A DNA stretch of 64,000 bases from Octopus bimaculoides (taxonomy: Eukaryota): assembly GCF_001194135.2 (NCBI RefSeq), contig NC_068993.1, positions 42,067,749 to 42,131,748 on the forward strand, written 5' to 3'. The position numbers and the translations under genes are program-made. The notes beneath the pieces are model-generated. The model saw nothing but the letters and a program-made list of their open reading frames with translations, made no database searches and was not told the DNA's origin. Positions 53,521 through 64,000 of the stretch are shown piece by piece. Within the stretch, counting starts at the first letter, position 1, and every line of letters starts with the position of its first letter.

Positions 53521-54629
53521 AGCTCCTTAAAATTGTTAATTCCACTTCATTTCGTTTATGCATTATTTTAATATCAGCATTTGTATCCCCACACAAATGC
53601 TGTGAACGCGAAAACTGATTCGAAATAATTCTGATGAAACTGAGATAACTTTTTCTTATTATACTAAGTATTGTGAAAACAAAGAACAGAAATCAATTGT
53701 TGACTGGGATGTCTACTGGTAGCTTAGTTCTCGCTGTTGACTTTCTTTGTCCTTGTCCTTTTGTGGCTCGGAGAGGAAATTTGGGGGCATACAATTCACT
53801 CCTGGTAACAAGAGACGGGCAATTTTACTTGCCAACTCATGTGTTGTGCCTAGTAAAATCTTAAGGTCGACAGCCTCCGTGATTCTTTTTGCTGTTGCTA
53901 TTAGCTTTGCTCTTTTTGGTTTTCTGTGCATAAAACGAAATTTGCTACCACGTGTATGGCAGATGAGCCGTCTGCCTAGACTGCTGTCTTTTAAACCTTC
54001 TTTCCAATATCCTCTACAGGACATAGTTCTAGTATTGATTTGTGGTCATAAGAATATTCATATTTATGCTAATCCCACGAGGACACATATAGCCAAGTGT
54101 TAGTCTGTTCTTTCCTTATGCTCACAGCGTTCTACGTTCGTGACTGCTATCCAGCAATTAACGTTATCTGTTATGTCATGGCAGTAACCATTGCACTCTT
54201 CCTTCTGTTTAACAAACGCAAATGAGTAGCAGTGCCGCATTCGGACTGTATTATCTTTATTGCCTTTACTGTGACAGTAACCAAATTTACAAACTACCGA
54301 AACATATATCACAACTAAGAATACGCTATAGCGTGTCAGAAGATGCACCATCTTCAACCAGATAGATGTATAGCATATCTAGGAGTTATGCACTTTTTGG
54401 TTACAGCTAGTCGTTCGGCTGGCTACATAAGCGCAATGGTTTGTGCTAGATCACATGAGATTTGAGTTTATACAACATTAACGGCAAGCCTAATTAATTT
54501 CTTTGATGAACCTTGCAAATCTAATCATTCATCGATCTGGAAATAAGTTTAGTTTTCTATTGTGTTTTACTATTATTATTTTACTTCTTGTTGATATGAT
54601 CCTGAATGTTTTTAACAACAGTTTCTGAT

Positions 54630-55010
54630 TAGGGCACGTGACCAAATGAAAGGAACTGTTGATTACATCGATCTCATTATGCTTTGTCGAACCCGATAGG
54701 ACGAAAAGTAAAGCTGACCGTGCTGCAAACTCAGAATGTAGAAAACCGGAGTATTACAAGTCGATTTCTGACGCTCTCTTGATTCAGACAATCAGCCTCC
54801 CTCAATAATCGACCTATAGTAATGTTATCTAATTTAGGCAGAGGTTAAGATGAGAGACTTAGGTGATGTCATTGGCTCCTAGTACTTTATTTTATTGACT
54901 CGAAAAAAAGCAAAAGCAATGTTGATCTCGCCATTTGAACACAGAACATAAAGAGCTGGAGATATGAGCACAAGGCATTTTTCTGACATTAATCCGCTTC
55001 AATCCGTCAC
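54630..55010 (-). mobile_element. Two decayed SINE family A copies in tandem
   Basis: GATTACATCGATC...AAAAGTAAAGCTGACC...AACTCAGAATGTA (about 54630-54800) and TACTTTATTTTATTGACTCGAAA...TTTGAACACAGAAC (about 54832-55010). Confidence 0.6.
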
Positions 55011-56074
55011 CCTAAATAAGGCACCTATAACGATGTTAGTAATTTTATATATTTTTAATATCAATAAAAATTAGAAAAAAAAACAAAAAACACTAGTTTA
55101 AAATGCTGAAAATATGCAAAGTAAACAAACATTAGTTGTGTGTAATTCATTGCTTCTGGAATTCAATTCTTCAAAGTTTCCATTATTTAATTAAGGCCCA
55201 ATTCATATCCTGGATCCAGTTAAAACCAGAACTACAAATATATATATATATATATATAGCTTTCCAGTGATTATCTAATTGATCGTAGCCTTTCATTAAT
55301 GGTTATAACTTAATAAATTTCAATAAAACCCACAAAACTTACAGAGAGGCTCACTCACATTTATATTGTATATAACAATATTGTTCTATTCATTTGTACT
55401 TAATCATGGCAGTGTCCGCTATGTAATACTCCAACCGAGTTTATTGTTGTGTACTAAAACTACGAGTGCATCCAACACAATGTAACTAATGAGTTGACTG
55501 ATAACTGTTAGCTCCATTTATTAAATAACACCAGTGCATTCTTGTAATATCATCGATTCATTTAAAACATTGCCATATAAATAGCACCCAGATAGCATCT
55601 AATTATCGCTACATCAATGTTCCACCATAAACACATAGCATGCATCAAATTAACATAAACTCGCTGCAATTAATTCCGCATATTAACCTCTGTCGGTATA
55701 TTTCTTTTATTGTATTTAACATAGCGAACATTTAGCGTGCTTATACAACAATTAAGTGCATAAGCATTATCCAAATTTACCAAACACCCCTCTTGATCAT
55801 TAGTTATAATGTAATAGCTGGATCAGCTGTATTTTGTTTTAATGAATTAAAATAAGAAATGAAAGGCCGACAAGTTAAAAAGCAGAATGTGAAATGCCAG
55901 TTTATGTAAATGAAGGATCCAAAATACTGGATACAGCCAAACATGAGTCGAATTGATGTATACAGACTTAATCATGTACAAATGTGAGAGATTCGCAGCG
56001 ATAGCAACACAAGTTTTTAAAAATAAATCTTTTTTTTTTGTATTTGCTTTAATTATTGGAATGCAGTCATGCAG

Positions 56075-56159
56075 AAGCACTACGTTGGAGAGTGTAGTCG
56101 AAGAAATCGACACCAGTTGTCAGACGGTGGCAGGAGATATACACAGAGACGAAGGCAAA

Positions 56160-56165
<6 letters not shown>
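56075..56165 (-). mobile_element. SINE family B 3'-half fragment
   Basis: GACACCAGTTGTCAGACGGTGGCAGGAGATATACACAGA reverse-complements to the family B segment ...CCACC...TGACAAC... Confidence 0.5.
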
Positions 56166-56220
<55 letters not shown>

Positions 56221-56650
56221 AACATACATAATATAACAAAAATACCGCCACGTAAACCATGCTTGCAACACTCACATTTTAACAAGAAACTCAAGTAGAT
56301 GAAAGAGCAATAACACACNNNNNNNNNNNNNNNNNNNNNNNNNNNNNNNNNNNNNNNNNNNNNNNNNNNNNNNNNNNNNNNNNNNNNNNNNNNNNNNNNN
56401 NNNNNNNNNNNNNNNNNNNNNNNNNNNNNNNNNNNNNNNNNNNNNNNNNNNNNNNNNNNNNNNNNNNNNNNNNNNNNNNNNNNNNNNNNNNNNNNNNNNT
56501 ATATATATATATACATTTATAAATGTATATGAACTTTTAAATAAGTTCTCCACCGATAATGGTGCTTACATACCGAAGGGCTTGGTAAAAATTATTAATT
56601 GTTGATTTATTAATAAATTAATAAATTGATAAACCTTTACCCTTTTAATT

Positions 56651-56684
<34 letters not shown>

Positions 56685-56694
56685 TGTATGTATA

Positions 56695-56826
56695 TGTATA
56701 TCTTTGTGTGTCTGTGTTTGTCGCCCCACCTTCGCTTGAGAACCAATGTTGTGTTTATGTCCCCATAATCTAGCGGTTCAGCAAACGTGACCGATAGAAT
56801 AAGTACTAGGCTTACAAAGAATAAGA
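56695..56826 (+). mobile_element. SINE family B 3' half
   Basis: TGTTTGTCGCCCCACCTTCGCTTGAGAACC...GACCGATAGAATAAGTACTAGGCTTACAAAGAATAAG. Confidence 0.8.
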
Positions 56827-56884
56827 GTATATATGTGTGTGTGTGTGTGTGTACACACACATACACACATACACACGCACACAT

Positions 56885-56943
<59 letters not shown>

Positions 56944-56964
56944 GATAGATAGATAGATAGATAG

Positions 56965-57075
56965 ATATACGACAAGCGTCTTTCACTTTCCATCTACCAG
57001 GTCCACTCACAAATATTAGCTTCCAGGGTTATAGTAGAATGCAATTGTCCAAGGTGGCTGTCAATGGGACTGGAC
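56965..57075 (-). mobile_element. SINE family B 5' half
   Basis: The reverse complement reads TCCAGTCCCATTG...CACCTTGGACAA...TTCTACTATA...TTGTGAGTGGA...GGTAGATGGAAAGTGAAAGA. Confidence 0.7.
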
Positions 57076-57469
57076 CGAATACGAAATTTTTTCCCAGAGG
57101 AGTTCATGACCCCAGTTATGAACTCATTTGCATACAGCCAATCAGAACTCAGCTATCACACTAATTTATGAGCGAATAACAAGTGATGGGCGATAAGATA
57201 AGGTCACTTGGGAAAGGAATGACCATGCTTCTTTTCTCTCTTAATAATCCATGTTGTTCTTGTTCTTGTTTCAACCATGGCTGCCTCTGAGTAGTTACTG
57301 GTGTTGTTATTTATTTTATAAAGCAGTAAGAGGAAAGGACTGCTAGCACATCACCCTCTAACCCCATTTTTCTCATCCACGTCTTTACTATATGGGGCCC
57401 TAACAAAATAATACCGATAATAGGTATAGCTCAAATCTATCTAATTACTTGTATCCTTCTAAAATCAGG

Positions 57470-57930
57470 CATCACTTGGCGTTCGGTCGACTTACAACAC
57501 CGTTCTTCGTCTTGATTTTACTTGGTAGAGTGTGTTTACCAACAGATTGGCTGTTTTTAATACATTCACGAATGTTTATGTTGGGCTTTGCGTCTAGGCA
57601 TAATCTGAGATCTGAACGGCACCTTTCCTTTCACACTTTTCAAACAATCCTTCAACAGTCTGCCAGCACCAGTGCGTTTTCTGCCACCACCAGCCATCTT
57701 TCTCCTGGATGCTGCAATTGGTTGCACACCAATTGTCTTCATACTGACTAGAAATTTTCGTTTGTGGGAAAAAAAAATTCGCACTACAGATTTTCAATTT
57801 TTCTTGCCAAGTGCAATGTGCCACACCAGAGCACCAACCAAAGCAGTGAAGTGCGGAAGCTGACGCAGTATGTTCCAGATGTTGGTTCAGGAAATTGCTT
57901 GGTGAAATTTTTTCACTGATCCTACAAGGA
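57470..57930 (-). mobile_element. pogo-family transposase N-terminal remnant (Brinker-like DBD and CENP-B HTH)
   Basis: The minus strand gives ISEKISPSNF...ASASALHCFG...TWQEKLK, then RRKMAGGGRK...FRSQIMPRRKA, then LKTAN...KSRRRTVL*VDRTPSD. This parallels the pogo pattern AARHFG..W.K, RxxGGGRK, I..KA, FKAS.GW...RRRT. Confidence 0.7.
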
Positions 57931-60250
57931 ATTCTTTGACCCAACCAAGAATACTGGGCGAAGAAAAAGGGTGGATGGATGGATGGATGTAAAATACAAA
58001 ATAACCACAAGATCAAAATGAAATTATAAAGCATAATTAAAACGCTAAGCAATATTTAGAGGTGTCCACTCTGTAGCAATCATTTGGACATGTTTTTAGG
58101 TTTTTGGGTAGCTTCCTCGTTCTTTCCTGTCAGTCTATATAATGAGCGACTAGCAATGTCTTCCCTCCAGGCTAAAAAATTAAAGAAAAATCTTAATATA
58201 CGTTTCATGAATGAGAAACTTACAGTTTAATTCAATAAATGTTATAGATGTAGCTAACAGAATTGTACATTTATATGAATTAAATAAGTTTTCTGGAGAA
58301 TGTACAAACAACCTAACGTCTTTAAATAGAATAGGATTTGAAAAGGAAGGAAAAAAATTATAATTTAAGCCAGTATTTCTCCTCCACTCTGCACCTGTTT
58401 GGTTGGCTTTTACATGTTACCATATAACTTATCCCAGTCAATAAATAATTTCTCCCATTAACTTTCTTTAGAATACAACGCTGTGTCTTTCTTTCTTTTA
58501 TGTTAAATTCTTTTCCAAATCTTTATTAATTTTCCGTGTGCTTAGCCGAGTGTTGCGTCAACTATTAATGATTTATCAATGGAAACATTGAAGGTTTATA
58601 GCTAATCAAGATGACATCCAGACATATTTATGATGTTTTATATCTACTCAAGAGTAATGGGTCTGTACCAGTATTAAATAATCACCAACATCTTTAACCC
58701 CACTCATTGATTTTTCTTATGCATAAAACTGCTTAAGTTTATATAATTTAATTTTCTACTTTTATTTAAATATATAATTTTGGAGTAATATGCCAAAAGG
58801 ACAGAATTTTCTACATCTACATAAGATTATTATTATTGAATCACAGACAACATATATTTCTTTGTTGAAGTCCCGCACACCATGACTGTGATGCCAACCT
58901 CACGTTTTTTAATGGTAATATTTCGCTACTGTGTGCATTATTACCCGCCAACCGTAACATATCTATATAAATGTGTTACAGTTATATATCATGTAAATGA
59001 TTCAGTCAAGCTGGAAACGAGATCATTCCTCAATGTGTAAATTTAAACAAAGACCTATTATCTAATATTCTAATTAGTATTATTCATAGATAGCACCTCA
59101 TTGCTTTTAAGAGAAAATAATGCGCCTTCTGGGAATTTGAGCGAAAGAAAAAATATATTACAAAGATATTCCATATTATCATTTCATCTTGACGACAAGA
59201 AATGTTTGTTCCAAGTAGTACACACATGTTCAAAGTGACTTTTCTGTATGTCTTACCAATAAGTATGATACCATATCAATTAGTCTATAGAGCGAGGAAT
59301 GTGGTTCACCCCTCTGACCCTACACTTTTTATGTGACCAAACACATCAGTTTTTACATACCTAGCTTACTTTAAAACTTACATCATCGACGTAATCTTCC
59401 TGCTTATTTGTGTTGGTCACGTTTACAACATTAAATTAGATAACCTCTTTTATTAGATACATTTCCAATACGTGCCTATTCAAAAAAAGAAGCTGAATGG
59501 GTAATGCCAAATAGTCAGAAACATATATATGTATATATATATATTTCTTTTTTTTTTTCTGTTACGATCTAGACATTTGCCGGGATGTAAAAGAAGGTTA
59601 TCGTTCACAGAAATCATTTCAATGCTTTCAGTGGAAAATACATCATCTTATAAGATTTTGGCTGATATAAAAATGCCAACATTAGAAACAACTTTGGCGT
59701 ATTCATGTAATTCAGCCTCCGTGAAATGTTTGCTCCAAGAAATACAGAAGCTTAATACTTTATTCCCTTTTATATTACTTCCCTGTGGTATATATCAGAA
59801 CATGTTATATAAATAGAAAATGCTGTTTCTAATATAATAGTCCAAAATATTGCATTTAATAAAAGAAAATCGGACATTTCATGCATAGTCATATTATTTT
59901 ATCACATTTTCATTCGCTTTAAGGGGGAGATGCTGCACATGTGACATCTGTATGTCCTCCAGACTTAAGAGATTGAGTTGCTTTAAAATGTTCAGTTCGG
60001 AGTCATTAGGAAAACCTTACGAGACGAATTCCATGAAAGTGGTGCTTTTGTGAAAGCAAGACAGAGTAAGTAGTTTGGAACGTGGTCGAAAAAGAACACA
60101 GTAAAGGAGTTTTGGGTGGGTGCATAGAGTAGATTAAAAGGCTCGATGTCGAAGTTTTTGCCTATGCTGCAACAGCATTAAATTCTTTTGTAGTAGTGAT
60201 CGAAGCAAAAAAGAAAGAGAAGGTATCAGAGTGCCTATCATTGCTTAGTG

Positions 60251-60461
60251 AAAGGTAGTCAACTGAGAAAATCGTTAGAGTTTCGGGCATAACGGTTATA
60301 AACATTTCTTACATTCTGAGTTCAAATATCGCTGAGTCAATTTCAACACTCATCCTTTCAGGGTCCATAAAATAAGTACCAGTTGAGCACTGGTGTCCAA
60401 CTAATCAACTTTTTTTTTCCTTTCTGTTAAAATTGTTGGCATTAGGCCCAAATTTGAAACC
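60251..60461 (+). mobile_element. SINE family A copy
   Basis: AATCGTTAG...TTACATTCTGAGTTCAAAT...CATCCTTTCAGGGTCCATAAAATAAGTACCAGTTGAGCACTGG...AAATTTGAAACCA. Confidence 0.8.
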
Positions 60462-61213
60462 ATTTTTTTAGCTCCTGATTCAGCATTTGGCAAATCTCAC
60501 TCCTAAATTAATCATCTCCCCCACTTATAGCTGACTGTGTTCAGTTCATTTCCAACATTATTAGCATGAGGGCCAATTCTCCAGTTTCAGGATAATCTAT
60601 CCTCGAAATAATTGAGCATATTCTGCATGACACATTAAACGGTATATTTACTTTGAAATGATTTATGTGGCTCACAGTTTGTAGTGGATGTTGGTTTCGG
60701 TGTTTGCAACTTTTCTGATGGTTAAAATATCTAGGAACTTTAATTCGTTTTCCCTATATTCCACTTAGAATTGTATTCTATCAAACATCTTATTAATTAG
60801 GTCTTTGAAATTGTGAAATCCGTCAAGACCGAGTGTTCATACAATGATACTTAATTAGCACTCATAGTACATGGCACATTCATTGACCTGATACCGCCTT
60901 CATATTTAGCGCAATTCTCATTCATACAATATATAACCAGCTAATCTCATAACCAGCATCAGCTAACCAACCGCTAGTTCAACTGACAGCAGAGTCTTAC
61001 AACGATAAGCAACAAATTTGAAATTTCAGCTGCTATCGAGACAACAACCGCAGAATCGTCCGGGCAGTTCTATGACGCACTCATCTTGAAAATCATGTAA
61101 TCATGTCAACAACATAATTAACCTGATATTTTTAAAGAAAATAATTTCTTTCTCTCTCGCTTTATCTCTCTCTCCCTCTCTTTCCGTCTCTTTATATACA
61201 CATTTATATACAT

Positions 61214-61285
<72 letters not shown>

Positions 61286-61598
61286 GTTGAATTAAAATAT
61301 AAATATAAATATATATAATTTATACCTACTGGATCGGAGGTAGGCTACGAAACCCCGGTTGTTTCCCTATTGGACAAAGGCTACTACACCTCCAGTCACC
61401 GTTGTGAACTTGGAACTTAGTAGGTTATCAATTGGAACAATCAGACCACATACTCATTAGTTTAGATCACCAGTGACCTAAACTCTTCCTCTTCTATCCA
61501 TCTATCTGTTTATTTCTCTATCTATCTATCTATCCATCTAGCTATCTCTCACTCACTCACGCTCTCTCTTTTTCTCTCTCTCTCTCTCTCTCTCTCTG

Positions 61599-61640
<42 letters not shown>

Positions 61641-61749
61641 NNNNNNNNNNNNNNNNNNNNNNNNNNNNNNNNNNNNNNNNNNNNNNNNNNNNNNNNNNNN
61701 NNNNNNTATATATATATATATATATATGTATGTATATATATACATATAT

Positions 61750-61930
61750 AGGCGGGTTGCGGGTTCAGTATCACTTCATGGTGGCACCTTGGGCATGTAT
61801 CGTCTACTTTAACCTCGGGCCTGCCAAGTAGATTTGGTAGACGGAAACTGAAAGCAGCCCGTCGTATATATACGTGTGTGTTTCTGTGTTTGTGTGTATG
61901 TCTCTGTGTGTGTATGTTTGTGTGTGTGTG
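61750..61930 (+). mobile_element. SINE family B 5' half
   Basis: GGGTTCAGT...GGCACCTTGGGCA...GATTTGGTAGACGGAAACTGAAAGCAGCCCGTCGTATATA followed by a TG tract. Confidence 0.8.
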
Positions 61931-62089
61931 TCTGTGTATCTGTGTGAATGAGTGAGTCTGTGCGTGTGAGTATTAAAACGGAGTGGTTTTAGTGAAGTAT
62001 TGTGTGATGTCGTTTTAAAGAGGTTTGCGAGAATATACAATATAAACAACAAAAAGAAAAGAAAGCCCACACAAAAATTTGAGGTTTGA

Positions 62090-62355
62090 CCGTTTAATTC
62101 TATTTTCGGGGCCATAACCTCTTCTTCAGGACATTTGGAAAAGCGAGGAATGGAAAAGACCGTTGCTCAGACGTGTGAGGAAGATGAAGGAAGGTGTCAT
62201 GTTTAGACTAGTTTTGGTATAGAAACCAGTCTGCTTCCGGTAGTTCCTTCCTGTTGTCTATGACTGGTTTCAGTTTCTTGACAAGGTGGGTCCTTTCCAT
62301 CCCCACTTCTCGAAATGTTCAGAAAAAGGGATCATATATCCCGAAATATAGAAAT
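62090..62355. mobile_element. Short element with inverted terminal arms carrying hammerhead-like motifs (Penelope pseudo-LTR-like)
   Basis: The left arm (minus) is TTCCAAATGTCCTGAAGAAGAGGTTATGGCCCCGAAAATAGAATT. The right arm (plus) is TCGAAATGTTCAGAAAAAGGGATCATATATCCCGAAATATAGAAAT. Confidence 0.6.
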
Positions 62356-62475
62356 ATAAGGTAAAACTACCACTTCTCTTTTCTTATTTTAGTCTGTTAT
62401 TTTCTTGCATTGTTCCGCCCTTATTCAAGAAATCTCTTAAAAATTTATATACACACATATACGTGTATATATATA

Positions 62476-62519
<44 letters not shown>

Positions 62520-63384
62520 CGTGTGTGTATACAATATATATGTATATATATATATATATAACTGGGAGTATGTATATATATTTATATATATATAACTGGG
62601 AGTATATATGTATATANNNNNNNNNNNNNNNNNNNNNNNNNNNNNNNNNNNNNNNNNNNNNNNNNNNNNNNNNNNNNNNNNNNNNNNNNNNNNNNNNNNN
62701 NNNNNNNNNNNNNNNNNNNNNNNNNNNNNNNNNNNNNNNNNNNNNNNNNNNNNNNNNNNNNNNNNNNNNNNNNNNNNNNNNNNNNNNNNNNNNNNNNNNN
62801 NNNNNNNNNNNNNNNNNNNNNNNNNNNNNNNNNNNNNNNNNNNNNNNNNNNNNNNNNNNNNNNNNNNNNNNNNNNNNNNNNNNNNNNNNNNNNNNNNNNN
62901 NNNNNNNNNNNNNNNNNNNNNNNNNNNNNNNCGACGCTCTTCCGATCTATATATACATATTTATTTGTGTCTATGTATGTATGCTTATATATATGTGTGT
63001 GTGTGTATCCATATATGTACAAGTAAATATATATGTTTTTATTTATGTATGTGTGTTTGTGTGCGTGAGTTTGTATGTACGTGCGAGTGCGCATGAGCGT
63101 AAGGGAAATGATATTTGATGTAGCCAAACGGGAGAGACGTCGTGTGTCTACATCTGTTTCTGACCACGAGCATAAACACTTTGTTAGTTCCCTTTCTTAA
63201 ACATATGTTAACATTGAATTAAATGTTAATGTCTTGAAATTATCTCTCTTTCTTATTTCAATTTTATTATATATGTATGTCTTTACATATGTATGTACTT
63301 ATTGCATATATGTATTTGTCTTTGTGGGTGTATGGTTGTATATAACCCTTTTTCTATTTTCTCTACCTGTTTATTTTTGTGTTC

Positions 63385-63420
63385 CTTTCTGTCGAAGAGC
63401 GCAGGCTCGAAACCTAAAAG
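63385..63420 (+). ncRNA. Minimal type I hammerhead-ribozyme-like motif (degenerate)
   Basis: The sequence parses as CTTT (stem I), CTGTCGA (core), A, GAGC-GCAG-GCTC (stem II), GAAAC, CTA, AAAG (stem I'). It departs from the canonical CUGAnGA core at position 6 and lacks a paired stem III. Confidence 0.5.
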
Positions 63421-63936
63421 ACTTCCCGAGCGTTAAACTAATACACCTGTTTGTAGTTTACACACCCGCCTTCATCTTCGTTTTTCTTTTTTTGTAAATT
63501 CTCACTATATNNNNNNNNNNNNNNNNNNNNNNNNNNNNNNNNNNNNNNNNNNNNNNNNNNNNNNNNNNNNNNNNNNNNNNNNNNNNNNNNNNNNNNNNNN
63601 NNNNNNNNNNNNNNNNNNNNNNNNNNNNNNNNNNNNNNNNNNNNNNNNNNNNNNNNNNNNNNNNNNNNNNNNNNNNNNNNNNNNNNNNNNNNNNNNNNNN
63701 NNNNNNNNNNNNNNNNNNNNNNNNNNNNNNNNNNNNNNNNNNNNNNNNNNNNNNNNNNNNNNNNNNNNNNNNNNNNNNNNNNNNNNNNNNNNNNNNNNNN
63801 NNNNNNNNNNNNNNNNNNNNNNNNNNNNNNNNNNNNNNNNNNNNNNNNNNNNNNNNNNNNNNNNNNNNNNNNNNNNNNNNNNNNNNNNNNNNNNNNNNNN
63901 NNNNNNNNNNNNNNNNNNNNNNNNNNNNNNNNNNNN

Positions 63937-63977
<41 letters not shown>

Positions 63978-64000
63978 TACGTATATGCACATACACACAG

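Noticed and set aside
59570-59816. Strong polypyrimidine acceptor followed by an 80-codon open frame
   Set aside because: There is no convincing donor site or recognisable domain. The TPR-like NNFGVF word lies in a frame with several stops.

Overview
This is an AT-rich, non-coding eukaryotic window, probably a large intron or intergenic DNA. It has 15 assembly gaps (about 4.75 kb of N, mostly flanked by microsatellites) and very dense di-, tri- and tetranucleotide repeats. The SINE families and repeat texture suggest an octopus (cephalopod) draft genome; that is inference. I found no supportable host protein-coding exon, and the long ORFs in the track are artefacts of N-runs and simple repeats. 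The recognisable content is decayed mobile elements. Retroelements: five restriction-like-endonuclease (R4/Dong-type) LINE 3' fragments, three of them in or beside (TAA)n-type arrays; three RTE LINE 3' ends; a CR1/Jockey-type endonuclease relic; Penelope-like fragments; four SINE families. DNA elements: mariner, pogo and hAT transposase fossils, several MITEs, and Helentron-like non-autonomous inserts. The most interesting signals are (i) several minimal hammerhead-ribozyme-like motifs, some in inverted pairs; (ii) near-identical 5' truncation points in diverged RLE-LINE subfamilies; and (iii) repeated nesting of elements into SINE-internal and LINE-tail microsatellites. All translations and alignments were done by eye, and coordinates of decayed elements are approximate.
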